This document shows, piece by piece, positions 13,101 through 26,900 of a DNA stretch of 64,000 nucleotides. The DNA comes from Lytechinus pictus (taxonomy: Eukaryota). The stretch spans positions 10,232,001-10,296,000 of the forward strand of contig NC_087245.1 of NCBI RefSeq assembly GCF_037042905.1, written 5' to 3'. The notes beneath the pieces are model-generated. The model ran no database searches. It was not told the origin of the DNA and saw only the letters and a list, made by a program, of their open reading frames with translations. Positions within the stretch are counted from its first letter, which is position 1. Each line of letters starts with the position of its first letter. The translations under genes were made by a program, and so were the position numbers.

Positions 13101-14078
13101 ATGTAAAATGTCAACAATGATTTATAACATATAGGCCTATACTGAAAATTTTAAATTATCGTGATGGTATATACACGATATAAAAAAGGGAACCCATGTC
13201 TTTTTTCCTCATAGGCAAATAAATTATGATGTTTTATTAACATAATCATATAATTCAATTAATTATCTTTATTTTCATACCTAACATAAGACGAACATTT
13301 CACGCATAAGACGAGTTTGAAACTTTAATGTAAAAACCAGGTTCCGCAGAAAAAATGGGACAAGATTGGTTTGAGATACACGACGATATTCGACGATTGG
13401 CTCATTTTTATTTCTTTTACATTCTTTGTTAAGATTCTCTCACTGATTCTCGAAATGAGATATTCAGATTCACGCGTGAGTTTCTGCGCAAATCGTATAT
13501 GCATTGATATTTATTGTTTGTAATCTGCCATGAATGCATGCGTGAACGATTTGCTTATAGCTGTTAAATTCAGATTCGAGATGAGATTCCATCGCAATTG
13601 CCAGGAGTATCAAATTTATAGTCAAAACATTTTCAACAGTACTGTTGTGAAATTTATCATAGAAAACGGGTTATTTTTTTTTCGTGGGACATACTTTTTA
13701 CCCCCCCCCCCCCCACTTGGTTAGAATTATTCATAATGCTTGACAGTTATCTCACGCATATGTGTTTGCATGGTTTAAACTGGTGATAAGACCGAATTAA
13801 GAGATCCATAATTATATTTAAAAAAATGCAGAGCAAAGTTAATGATAGTGTATATTGTCTTAATCTAGAATCATACCGGGGAATCATAAGACCATCTTGC
13901 TTTTCATTTTGCCAATACAATGTTATGTGATGATAAGACATATCTCACATATTCAATAATATATCAATACACAATCAATACTTAATCAATACTTCTACAG
14001 GAAGTATAACAGGAAACTATATGTTTACCAATTCCAACTTTCATTAGAAAGTATTACTCATTCTTCTTCCAGCTAAAC

Positions 14079-16534
14079 ATTTTATGGGTTTCTTATCCAC
14101 TACATTTCATGTTCTCCCTAAAAGGTCAACTCCCCCAATTCAGAGTAAAGTTATGACGTACAGATTGTTTTGGTCAAGCGTCCAAGGTTGACATACAACT
14201 GTTTGGTTGCCATGGTTGCAAAGAGTCTAGACCAGATCAATATAAAAGGGGTTCACTTCTGAACCAAAAGATTATTACAGATTGGTTAGAGATTGCAGTT
14301 TTAGAGAATAGAGAGTTTCAGAGATTGGAGTTTAGAGCTACAGAAAAGTATACTACATCAGTTTGCAGCATTTATATTATCCTCATCTTCAGAGTATAGT
14401 CACCATCAGACCTACTCATGTATTTGTCATTATCATCAAGTAATCATCTTTAATTAATAAATTTATATATGAACTGTACATCATGCATCCATTCGTCTCA
14501 TTAAAGTCTGGTTGAAAATAAAAGAGCATTAGATCCAACCCCAACACAACATGTTGGAGAACCCGTATTTCAACCAGCAATAGTAAATAACTGCATCATT
14601 ATCATACTGGTGATCATGCCATGTATGACGATGGAGGATATTGCTTTGAAGACTACTAGTATCTTAAACATTTTACCAAATGCCTCTACCTCCTAACTCG
14701 AGTTCGGCAATGAAGTTTTATTCTAAGGAGCAGGACAGTGGAAACCCCCTTGAATGATGATGAGGACGACGATGACGACAGTGATCATGAAAAGAGACCG
14801 ACAGAAAGACGTACTACCTCCCAGACGGAAGAAACAGATGGACCAACAACAACAAAGACAAAACCTGATGGCACAACATACATCGACAAAGGTAACGACA
14901 ACGACGACGAAAGACTGGTATGAACATGGAGATTGCAGAGAGACTGTAAGTGCAACCAACTATTTTGACTTCAATAATCTTAACCATGTTAATGCCAAGA
15001 CTGAACAGAAGGAAGACCATGACAGATTTATTGACTATAAAGACTCTGTTCAGACAGAGGACAATTTTCATTTCAATGTCTATTTCTGTTGATGTTTCAA
15101 GTTCATTTTTGATAGTTCTTTCGCTTCTAAATTTACATCTGTTATTTGGATGGCTCTGGTAAGTCAGACCATTTTTCGTACTATGTGAAAATGTGTCTAT
15201 AATCAAGTTTGATTTAAAAAGGAAAAAAAATAGGTATGCTATATTTAGAATTTCACTTACTCTATTTCAAGTTTTATGAATTGAGAAAATTTTAACATGA
15301 ATTTTGTTAGCATATTATTGTAGGAATGCGAAGTCGATAACTGGTTATCTATAAATCCGTATGAATTGATTCTGTTTCAAGTCTCATCATGCTCATAGTT
15401 CATTCACAATTTGTTTTAGTATTGATGATTTTTCTTTCATATAAACTATGTAACTTCTTTAGTCAATACAAGGTTATTTAAAATGTTAAAAGAGAATATA
15501 AATCAAAGTGTTGAAGGGTAGAGTGATAAGCGTGAACTCCCATTTTTAGGGGAAATTTTAATGCATTGATGAAAATAATGCTACACGCATAAGCTTGAAT
15601 TAATCTTCTGATATGATTTATGTTGTATTTTAACTGACAGTTCAGGACAAAATTACATTATGGTATTATGAACGCAGGTATTACAAAACGGTAACTTATG
15701 TATTTCAGTCGAATCTATATAATGTCAAATATTAACATGTAAAGCAAAGTATTTTTCCAGTGAGAATGATACTGGACAACACTATTAATGTGTAAGGAAT
15801 ACCATAACGACATTGTGCGCTCCTATGTTAGAGTATTTCAACGCTTTGTGTATAGCATGAAAATAGATCAAGTTTGAAAGTACTTGAAATGACCGATTGA
15901 AGACATTATCCGAGCAAATTTGGAGTGGAACTCATACAAAGTAGGATGATTTGGTTAGTGCGTAAAACTATTATTCATATACTTCAGGATTGGAAGTGGA
16001 AATAGTTGCGCATCTCCCTAAGATTTGAGAACACCCGCAGCTCGAAAAATGATTGATTTATATGATATTATTGTTGAGTAACACTTAGCTGTAACATATC
16101 ATAATGTATTGATACTGTTCTGAGATACCTCAAATTGCCGAAAATCTTATTGACGAGTTAACTTTTAGTAAGAACAAAATATCGTTTTACAAGAACATTT
16201 TGTTACCAATTAGTAATCAAACATTTCATTGATTATATTTTGAATATATGATATATTTTATGGGTTTCTTATCCACTACATTTCATGTTCTAATAAAAAG
16301 TTCAACTCCCCCAATTCAGAGTAAAGTTATGACGTACATATTGTTTTGGCCAAGCATCCAAGGTTGACCAACACCTGTTTGGTTGTAAAGAGTCTAGACC
16401 AGACCAATATAAAAGGGGTTCACTTCTGAACCAAAAGATTATTACAGATTGGTTAGAGATTGCAGTTTTAGAGAATAGAGAGTTTCAGAGATTGGAGTTA
16501 AGAGCTACAGAAAAGTATACTACATCAGTTTGCA
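14079..16534 (+). mobile_element. Decayed non-autonomous LTR retrotransposon-like element
   Basis: Direct repeats of about 285 bp at 14079-14367 and 16255-16534 containing TATAAAAGGGG. The left copy continues through AATAAA to ACAACA (14551), followed by PBS-like TGTTGGAGAACCCG. No gag or pol seen inside. Confidence 0.65.
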
Positions 16535-17130
16535 CCAGATTGCCTCTCCCAACAATTTCACAGAGCTGTACAGGTTATGATCATAATTTTGGAAAGGAAA
16601 ATAAATGAGGCTCCACCTGGCATGGATATCACATGTAAGCCTATTTATTTTTGTACATGTGTCATAATGCTAAAATGAAAAATTTATGTGTACTGTACAT
16701 TCCTGTTTCAATCAAATACTGTACCTTTAATTGGAAGAGAAATTATATTCATTCATTTAGAATTTCTTTTGTCTCTCTAAGGATATTTGTTGCATATGAT
16801 TGAGGAATATCCCAGAAAAATGTCTCAGTTAAACTTTGGTATGTAAAAGGTACGTGACAGAATAATGATTGGTATTTTTTTAAGCGATCTTGGCACACAA
16901 TGGAGACTGCTGGCGAGGAAAAAAGACAATAGGATTGGCTACGTTGTTTAAATTGTTAAATTCACTGAGGTAATTTAAGAGTCTACTATTATAGAACATG
17001 TAAACTTGGACTGTTCAAGAAAGGAGCAGATTTTCTAAAGATACTACTAAGCTTCCAGTGTATTGGAAATATGAAAAGGCTGGAAAATGCTTCAGGGATG
17101 TCAGAGCAGAGTTTTTATCAGTTCATAGTT
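16535..17130 (+). pseudogene. Putative spliced DEATH-domain pseudogene (two exon remnants)
   Basis: Exon 16535-16634, a GTAAG..TAAG intron (16635-16781), then in frame YLLHMIEEYPRKMSQLNFGM*KVRDRIMIGIFLSDLGTQWRLLARK. After indels: ESTIIEHVNLDCSRKEQIF* and KILLSFQ...KRLENA, resembling the DEATH-fold motifs LG..W..LAR and EQ...ML. Confidence 0.55.
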
Positions 17131-18689
17131 CACCTCTATGTGGAATACAACAGTAACTTCTGCGGAATTATTTGCAAACCATCAATGAACTGTTCGAAAT
17201 TATTTTGAGAGAGAAATTCTCATTTCTCGTCACTATCATCAACAAATCGACTGTTTATCATCATCAACTTCGTTTACAGACAATTCAACTTTGGCAAAAG
17301 GAAGCAATTAAATGACACATCAGTCAAATTTGAGTTATTGTTGTTTCAGAAACACCCTTTGTATGTTGCACGTTCAGGCACATTTTGGGGAAGAAATGAT
17401 CGTTCTATGGAAAGATATTGAAGAAAATATGTTGTTAAATTGCATTAACGTTATGTAAATGACGAACACACATTGCTCATTTAATACTTTTATAACTTGC
17501 TTCTGTCCCGGGCGGGGTCCGGGGCTTCCTTTTGCCAAAGTAGGGTAGTTATTACAGTGACTCCATTATCCATCGTATTTCAACATCAATTTCATCATCG
17601 CCAGCATTGTGGACTTAAACTCATTGCAAGCTAATTCGGATTGGGGATTATCATATTTTGGATTTACCAGAACTGGCTCTTCAAGGTATGTAAGACATCT
17701 TTTCTTTTTGTTTGCCTTGTGCTCTGTTTCATGTAAATTAAAAAAGTGTAAATAATTGAGCAAAATTATATTTGCTATAATTGTTAGATATTTGTTTAAT
17801 ATCATAAAAATCCTAAAACATTTTTTCTCATAATTTGTTTAGGCCTACTTGATTTTTATCCTATACCCTTTTCATGTGGGTGACATAAGAAAATATAATC
17901 ATTTTCAGGCAATATGGCCGGGTGTCCCCCTACCCCGGGTGAATATGGTCTATTGTCAGTCCAGCAGCTATAGAATGATACAAATACTACTTACAGTGTT
18001 GGCGACACATCCCATTTTCTTCGGCCCTGCCGTTTCTCTTGCACTGCTGTCCAGTCTTCGTTAACGCTATGCATCTAAGCTTTTCGGGCCGAGCTGGGGC
18101 ATCAGGAGCTTGCCGTGTCGCTCTCTCGCGTATCAAACGCCTAATCCTATAATGTAGGAAATTATAATAAGGACTTGATTATGTTCGTGTTTAGTTAATT
18201 TCAACAGAAAAGGAGTATTGCATAGTATTGCATAGGCGGATCTAGGCCCCCCCCCCCTATTGCCGGAGCAAAAAAGAAAGAAAAAAAAGGAAAAGAAAGA
18301 AAAAAGAAGAAAAAGCTGGGAAAAGAGAGGAGAGAAAAAAGAGGAAAAATAAGAGGAGTGAGACGAGTGAAAGAAAATAAGATGAGGGGAAGACTTGGGG
18401 GGAAAAACATGTCACTCTATCAAATTTTCGGTCGCACTTCGCGCTCGCATTGCCTATTAGGTGATTTACATATCTTGCAATATACTAAAACATATTTCAG
18501 CCTGGAAATCGAACTTTCATTACTTTGTTTGATCTACAAATTGATTTTTTTAAAGTGCTTTGTAAAAATGTCAGTTTCATGGTCTGAATATTAATATTTT
18601 TCCGCTCGCGCTCCGCACTCAGAAAATTTGATTTGTCAGGTACCTATTATTTTTGTGTATTCCATAAAGTTCTCAAAATCAGTTACATA

Positions 18690-19760
18690 TAAAGAAGTCA
18701 TGGCACAACAAATCCTACCCCCTCAGGGGTCTGCCGAAGTATCCTCCCCTTTTTGTATTTTGCCCATTTCTTGGAAAATTCGCCATTTTTAGCCCCATTG
18801 AGGCAAAAGGCGTTTCCCCTTTGCAGTAAACCACTTTTATTGTTTTGTAAGCACTTGGGGATGAAAAATAGATCTTCTTCTATCAGCTAAAATAAATAAG
18901 TGCTGGCACAGCAAAGCCTATCCCCTCAGGGGTTTGCCAAAGTCACTTTTTCCACATTTTGCCAATTTATTGAAAAATCTACTAATTCGGAGCCCTCATT
19001 GATGCAGAAATGTTTTTCTGATATATAGTAAGCCACTTTCAATGTCTTAAGACTGCTTGGAGACAAAAGTGTAGCCTTTCCTCTATCTGCTTCATATAAA
19101 GGAGTGCTGGCAAATCGAATCCTACCCCCTCAGAGGGCTGCTGAATTCACCCACCCCTTTTCCGTATTTTGCCAATTTATGGGAAAATCTGTCAATTTGG
19201 AGCCCCTATTGAGGCAAAACGGTGTTTATGTTCTAAAGAAGTGCTGGCTCAGCAAAGCCTACCCCCTCAGGGGTTGCCGAAATCTTCCCACCCTTTTGCC
19301 TATTTTCCCTCGTTATTAAAAAAAATCGCAGTTTTTGCCCCCCCCCCCCCATTCAGGCAAAAAGACATTTCTGCTATATGGTAAAGTCACTTTTGCAATT
19401 TGAAACCACTTAAAGATGAAACAATAGGTTTCGTCTTTCAGCTACATTTAAAAAACTGCTGGCACATCGACGCTACTAATTCAGGGGCTGCTGTGTAGTC
19501 ACCCCACGTTTTTGCCGATTTTGCCTAATTATTGTTAGAAAATTAGTCAACTTTACCCCACCATTGAGGCATAAGAGGTTTCTGCTATAGAGCAAAGTCA
19601 CTTTTATTTTTCAAAACCACTTGGAGATGTAAGAGTTTTTTTCTATTAGCTATATAACAAATTGTTTGCACATCGACGCCTTCCCTCTTCGGGGGCTCCA
19701 AATTGACAGAATTTCCCATTAATCAATTTGGCGAAATACTGAAAAGGGGTGACTTCGGTA
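18690..19760. repeat. Diverged tandem array with a unit of about 200 bp
   Basis: AAGTGCTGGCACAGCAAAGCCTA.CCCCTCAGGGG-like motif recurs at about 18693, 18897, 19100, 19237, 19455 and 19660. Confidence 0.85.
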
Positions 19761-20317
19761 ATGTAATCATACTATAGTAGGATATGGCAGGTCCAATGGC
19801 TTTCATTTTTCTCTTGAACTCTAAGATCGAGCAGGCAGAAAGTGTCATTATTTTGGTGTACAATCTCACATGACTAGCATATGATAGTTTCCGTGCCTAG
19901 ACCCTTTCAGTTTAAACAATGAATACAGTCAAAACAGAATCGAATTTATGCATTTAATGTTAATAGTAACAATTTTCTGGTAGCATAAATCTTTGCTTAA
20001 TAATATTTATGATATAGCTATAGTTTGAGAAAGCCAATATGTATAGTAGTATCGAGTCCGGAATTGATTTGATTTGCAATCGGGTTTGAATACATAATAT
20101 GCACTAGCGTCGTCTGCTACGTAAACTAAATGAGCGAATAAGACCAAAACTAACCATTATGTTTATGCAAATTAGAACACTTTTCCCTATTCAGATTTTT
20201 GGGGACTTTTAGTATGGTCTTCTATGGACCTCAAAGAAATGTTCTGCATTGGAATTAATTCTGTTGCAATTTGTTCCAAGTGAAAAGTTAAAATGACTGG
20301 ACTATTAGGGATCCAAA

Positions 20318-20580
20318 TGTCGTCCGTCCGTCACAAATCAAATGACACATAACTCCACAACCGTAAGTCGCTTTTCAACCGAACTTGGATGGTAGATGGA
20401 CTTGGGGGACCTGCATGTTATGCTGCAGTTGGAGGTCACATGGTAAGGTCAAAGGTCATTTTCAGGTCAACGTTAAAGTTTACATGCAAGACTCTCTTAT
20501 GACACCTAACTCCGCAACCGTAAGTCGCTTTTCAACCAAACTTAGATGGTTGATGGACTTTGGGGACCTGCGTGTTATAA
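20318..20580. mobile_element. HINE-like fragment: (GTCC)n plus tandem core repeats of about 155 bp
   Basis: ATGACAC.TAACTCC.CAACCGTAAGTCGCTTTTCAACC at about 20342 and 20499, after CGTCCGTCCGTC. Confidence 0.65.
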
Positions 20581-20924
20581 CAGTGAAGAGCGTATAATAA
20601 TTTTTAATTCATGTATAAAGTTGCAAAGGGAAATTCAGAAATCGTTTGTAATCGATTATGTAGGTATTTTCTTTAAAATGTGTTTAAACACTATTAAGAA
20701 ATAACGATGTTTAGAACTGTTTGATTATGTCAAATGTTTATCTTTAATTGTTCCTCACTACTGTTAGGGTATAAACAGTAGTGACAATTTACCATTGCTT
20801 TAACCTGCTGCGACAGGATGAGCATGATTTCTCTTCCGCAAAGTTAAAGCAACTGAATGCCTTGTTCGTGCTTGTCGTTATTTTATTATATGGAGCTACA
20901 AGTATACATGGTCGGAAAAGCAGA

Positions 20925-21210
20925 AGTACTGACTAGAGAAGGAGTGAAAATACTGACTTTACTGAGATACGGAAAATACTGAATTTGCCGAGATACTGAA
21001 AATACGGAATTTACCGAGATACTGAGATTACTGAGAATACTAAATATACTGACATTACTGAGAATACCGAAAATACTGAGATGAGTGAGGATACTGAAAG
21101 TACTGAAATTACTGAGATTCCGAAATACTGGAATTACGGAGATACTAATTACTGGAATGACTGAGATAATGGAGATACGAAATGACGGAGATGTTGAAAT
21201 CCATGAGATA
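20925..21210. repeat. Degenerate minisatellite of (A/T)TACTGAGA-type units
   Basis: Many 8-10 bp TACTGA/TACGGA variants in direct orientation. Confidence 0.85.
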
Positions 21211-21454
21211 TAATCTAAGTTATACCATAGAGCTGAAAAGGAGCAAAGAGTCAGAAGTGAAAAAGACGGACTTTACACCAACTGGTTGTATATTGCAGCC
21301 GAAACGAACCAGCTCGTCAGGATAAAAAGTCGGTTCGGCTACAATATATACATGTATATACATACATATATAAATTTATATATATATATTTATACTTATA
21401 CAGTGTATTTAGCTTTATTTTTATAAAAGAACTTAGATGTATAATAAAATAATT

Positions 21455-22160
21455 CGAGCGCGAATCGCTAGCTATTTTATTGTCCTGAAAAGTGAACATT
21501 TTGAGCAATGTTTGTGGTCCTGAACAGGATGCGTATGTAACAAATAATAACTGTGAGCGCGAGCAGATATTGTTTATATACGCTCTGGCCTGATCGAAAG
21601 GGACGTGTTATAAGGACTGTATTATCCATGAAGACGATCCATATATCAACAATCAAATAATGCGAGCGCGCAGTGCAAGCTGAAAATTAAATTTGACATT
21701 CCGACCTAAATACTGGACATTCTATGCACTTTCTGTTATCATGAACAGGATAGGCATATAACTATACAATTGATACGAGCGCGAAGCGCGAGCAGAAACA
21801 AAATTGAGATTTCAGACCAAAAACAAGACATTCTAAACACTTTTCTTATCATGAACAAGATAGGTATATGACTATACGATTGATGCGAGCGGAAATAAAA
21901 ATAAGATTTCAGATCTAAAAACGGGACACCTTAAGCACTTTTCTAATCATAAACAGGATAGGTATATAACCATACAATTGATGCGAGCGCAAAGCGCGAG
22001 CGGAAACAAAATTGAAATTTCAGACCTAAAAACGTGACATTCTATTCATGTTTTGTAAATCAAGAAAATGATGGGTAATTGGATATCTTCCTACATTAAT
22101 AATGTGAGCGCGAAGCGCGAGCAGAACATTTTTATATTCTGATCCGAAACTTTACAATTA
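21455..22160. repeat. Tandem array of 105-120 bp units with a GCGAGCGCGAAGCGCGAGC core
   Basis: Core at about 21662, 21776, 21885, 21983 and 22106. The same core recurs at about 18435, 28388, 36050-36500 and 41060. Confidence 0.85.
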
Positions 22161-22172
22161 AAGCACGTTTAA

Positions 22173-22904
22173 ATGGGTACTCCGTACTGAATGTAATATG
22201 GTTTGAACAGATAAAGAAAAATCAGACGAACAAAAGAATAAAGATTTGATCAAAATCAGACAAGGAATATCAAATTAATTGCATTCTAAAGATTAGCATT
22301 ATTCCGGTGAGATAGTTTCAGGCATGTCTTCATTAATATTCAATGAGCAAACTGATTCCATGTAATAACATAAGAAAAAGGATAGTGTGGATGTGACATC
22401 ATCAACCCACCTATTAAAGGACAAGTCCATCCCAACAAAATTTGCATTTTTACCGGGGAAACAATTTTAGGCATGTCTTTACGAATATTCATTAGATGGG
22501 CTGATGATGTCCTATCACCACTTGTTCTTTTGTATTCTATTATATGAAATTAGGTTTATTTTGGATAGACAACTGATTAAGTGCATTAGTTATTTATTGC
22601 CGCAACTTATTTCATCATATTGGAGACACATCATTTACACAAGGTCATGTATGAAAACTTGAAACAATATGAGTTCTTGTAATAACATAAGAAAAGGGAA
22701 ACAGTGGATGCAACATCATCAGCCCACCTAATGAATATTCATGATGATGTGCATATTATAACTGTTTTCACAAAATATTGATAATCTTTAAAATTCAATA
22801 ACTTCGCTATTTGTTATCCGATTTTGATGAGATTTTTGGCATTTTGCTCTGTGAATTTTACTCTACTAATTCAGATATAAAGATTTTCAGCCAGGACCGT
22901 CCCT
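22173..22904. mobile_element. Composite or decayed copies of the 9530-10116 MITE family
   Basis: Shares GATGGGCTGATGATGT and TTGTTATCCGATTTTGATGA..GGACCGTCCCT. A second TTAA-AGG start at 22414 suggests two fused copies. Confidence 0.75.
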
Positions 22905-23766
22905 TTAGTTTTGATAGTTCTTATTCGATGACATTTTATAAATTCGCAAGTTGGTCTATCTATTCATTTCATGTATTTTTCTATATTCTGTGAAATTTTA
23001 ATGCAATAAACCGAATTGAATTTGAATGTAGGAAATGGGGGGGGGGGGTTTAAGGAAAAGTGAGGAAATGCGAGTTTAGCCTAGTGCAAAGAGTGAGAAT
23101 GGAATGTTGCGCGTATTTTCAGAAGCTAATCTATTTCTTTCAATATTGTGTTTCCAGTCTTTTCACTATATACTATTCGTTATATTTATAATAACATTGC
23201 ATGATGAAGGGTAATAAACAAATTCCCGAATTCTATAATGTCTATTCTATAATTATAATCATTTATATTTTGTATTTTTCGCTATTCTATAATAGGTTTT
23301 AATTTTTCTTGTTTAGCTGTTCAGTAGGCCTGCATTTGTTATCTTTTATCCTTTTCCTTTCCGTTTTTCTTTTTTCTTTATTCCTTTCTTTCTTTCTTTT
23401 TTTCTTCCTCTCTTTCTTTATTAGGGGGGGGGGGGGACTGTCCTCCAATTTGAAATTTAGGGGGGACGCGTCCTCCCGCCCCTCCCCACGTGCTTCCGCC
23501 GCCTATTTAGACACGTACTATGTAAACATTGTTCATATATTCTGGTCTCATGGTGCTGCTTTTTAAATCATTCTTTGATTTTGTAACTTTAACATTCGCC
23601 AATCAGACTAATTGTAAATTTTGTGATTTGATATTGATTTCCTAATAAAACATGAAATAATTTTTAGAACAATAAGTGCATATCTCTATGGTCCATACAT
23701 TGAAAAAACAATACATAAAATCCAAGTCATGAAATCAAAGGAAAATGTAGGAATAGGGATACTTAC

Positions 23767-23921
23767 TCCAAATCCGTCAACTCCTTCATGTGCAACCAAC
23801 AAGTGTGGCTCAAATGTGTAGTTTTGTTCTTGCATCTAGCAATCCTCCGATGGCCACCTGTTTGGGCCTTACACCGTCTGGAGGTATCACCGTACTCTCT
23901 TTCGGGTCGTTGCCTTACCAT
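23767..23921 (-). other. Candidate isolated exon
   Basis: Minus-strand acceptor TTTTTCTGTTTTTTGATGTAG, donor GTAAGT, higher GC than the flanks, one open frame (MVRQRPEREYGDTSRRCK...). Product not recognised. Confidence 0.4.
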
Positions 23922-26900
23922 CTACATCAAAAAACAGAAAAAGGAAAACAATCCTCCACAAATAATTTTTTAGGGAAAAAATACATGTCGATAGTCGTAT
24001 CTATTAAAAGTTTTCAACTCGATGTTTCAAAGGTAATCAAATTTCATGTTTTCATCGTTAAGATATCACTATGCAAGAATGTAGATATTGATCGATCCAT
24101 GCACATCAAACTTTTTAATACTATTTTTGTTATTCTATGAATGTATGATATGTATTATGTATTAAATGCATTTTTCATTATATGATATGTGGAGGGATTA
24201 TTGATTAAAGTCTTTGTTTAAAAAGTAAGAAAATTGAATTAAAAATAAAGAGTTTTGTAAAATCCTGGCAGTCAACTAATTTTTTTCACATCATGTTCTT
24301 AGGCTTGGGTCTCCTGTAACCAGGATGCAATATGATATTTATCACAATGGGTGATTTCAAGTTCAGTGTTGACCTTTTGGTGTTGGTGTTAGGACAATTT
24401 TTACACGAGTATAACACCAAACATACGATTAAGATGGTCCTAAAAAGTCACTTACTAGTTGTTGAGTTGTCAATAATGTGATCTAGATTAGTTTTACAAA
24501 CTCAGAATAGGTTTTAGGGGAAGCAATCACCAATGCGAAAACTGGACTTGAAATCATCCTATATTACTCTTTAGTGTGCACAACCACCTTTTCTAAAACT
24601 CGCAAAAATTGGATTGCACACAAATGCTGATTTTTTTTTTCACGCTTTGAACTATATAGAAGAGAGGGCAATAACGAGCTCACTGTGCTGTAAGTTTTTC
24701 ATTATTCTACTTTAGTCCATGATACTAAATCTGGTACATCACAATGACGTTGCTACAAAGATTTTAACACTTGGAAATGATATTTTTTTTGGTTTGTGTA
24801 AGCTGGATCTAAAGACTATGAAAGCTATATAGCCAGAAATGGTATGAGATCATCCATGTGGTGTAATACTTCGTTTCATGTTGTTTCTCCATATTTTCCC
24901 AAAGCATGTCTCTAACATGTTCAAGGAATGAATTTAAATCATATCGGCCATGGGCTAAAGGGGGTCATGGTACACCATCCCCCTACGTGACTTACCGTAA
25001 TGGGTATTTCCTTTTAGCCCTTGGTCTAACATTTCAGAAAAGTGATGTTGCCAAGAAAAAAAATGGGATGGAAGTTACTCCCCGGGGAATTTTTGACCAC
25101 GCCCACTTTTCCAGCTGGAATCACAAAATTAGGACTATGGATGGTTTAAACTGTTCCATCTTGCAGCTCTGCACCAATGTATCTATACGGCAACTCAAAT
25201 TGTCAGTTTAGATGAGTTCTACACTTTGTTCAAGTGTTTAGTTTAAAATGTATGTGCATCAAAGCCATCAAAGGTCAAAAGGTCATGAACCTATACCTTC
25301 AACCATATTAGAGCAAAATAGACTTTTCGTAATTTATGACATAAAGCAGATTTAAAAAAAGAACTAATCAATTTAGAACAGGCCTCGAAAAAAATCAGAA
25401 TATTAATGTTCCTAGCAAAAAGAAATTGATGGAAAATATCCATGTAGACTTTTTGACCACGCCCACATGTACAGCCGGAAGTAGAAAATGAAGCTTTAAT
25501 AGCCGTAACCGCTTTACGAACTTTGCAATTCTTTACCAATACATTCAACTTGATCACTTGAAATTGTTTGAGTTCTTTATACTTGCAAGTATTTATAAAA
25601 TCTATCAAGGGCGACGGAAAGGGGGAGGGGGCATTTTCTCCATCAAATTCTCTTAGGAAAATGCCCTTTCCAAATAAAATGTTTGTTTTTTTAGTTTTCC
25701 CCTGAATATGATTCTCCTTTATTTTATTTGTATTTGTATGAAATATGTTCCTTTTTTTGGTCATTTTTTTTAATTTCGTCTGAAAAAGTGCATTGCAGAA
25801 AAGACATTGTTGGGTTAACTACATTCAACAAGCATTTCCCTAACAAGAAAAAGTAAAGAATTAAATCATACGTCACCCAAGAAATTATCGTTTGCTTCCA
25901 ACGAATTAATAATTATCACGAAAACGGAACATCAAAGAGAATTTCTATTTCCATTTATTGTCGGTGGCATTATGGCTTAAATTAATGGATAAGATTTTGT
26001 TTTCTCGACCTGGAGGTCCAAGGTTCGAATTCACGCAGGGTTGTTTTATTCCTCGATATATAAAACTAGGCATCATGTTTGGTTTCAAAGTAAAATTTTT
26101 GATACAGTATTCAGACCAGAAAAGATGACATTTTATTAGACCGTTTTTAACAATTTATGAAGAGCAGACATATCTCACTAATCCACTAATACGAACGTGA
26201 GCACTGACAGGACATATTTTATATTCAGACTATAAAAGGGGCAGTCATAAAAAAGAAGCACGTCACTACATAAAACAATGTAACTCGAAATGCTAGGAAA
26301 TATATTTGGTGTGTATTGACTTGAAAACGGGATGTTTTCGTACAACAGGATTATATATCTCATCAAACAGATATTGCGAGCACCGGGAACGATGGACACA
26401 TAGGCCCTCAGTAAATTATGCTTCATAAAGTTATGTAAAAATATTTATGTAATATTATATAATAATACAACATAATATAATACAATGTACACTAGTTTCT
26501 TCTTTCTCTACTATGTTTCTCTTTCTTTCTCCCTCTTTTTCTCCTTCCCCCGTTTTTTTCTTTTTGGCCAGCCGTTGGGGGGACATGCCCCCGTAGTTAC
26601 ACCACTGGTAAAAGAACTTAATCTACCAATTTTTCAAACAACATATCAGCTAATTATTAATAAAAAAAATAACAACAACAACAATCATGATGATACACAT
26701 ATGTGTATATAATCATGTCGGCCATTAAGAATGTATTTTATCTTTTTAGATTAGTTAAGGTAAAATTTCATAATCTTTTGACCTTTGGTGACGTTTGAAC
26801 ACAATTGATTTTAACAAGTGCAAGAATGCAGAACTCAATTAAATCACCGTTTTAATTGATCATGCAGAAAAAGTTGAGGGGCATTGAAAAGTAAAAATAG

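Noticed and set aside
14723..15206. Cluster of overlapping short ORFs
   Set aside because: Low-complexity GAC/ACA-rich sequence inside the LTR-like element, with no gag, protease, RT or integrase motifs.
17566..17686. Further exon of the DEATH pseudogene ending at AAG|GTATGT
   Set aside because: A donor is present but there is no clear acceptor or recognisable peptide, so support is insufficient.
25291..25764. 157-aa ORF (also the 155-aa ORF at 52915-53382)
   Set aside because: Runs across unrelated repeat fragments, with AT-biased composition and no recognisable domain.
25965..26040. tRNA-like sequence with GGTTCGAATTC
   Set aside because: Only the B box is convincing. Probably a decayed SINE head, too degenerate to call.
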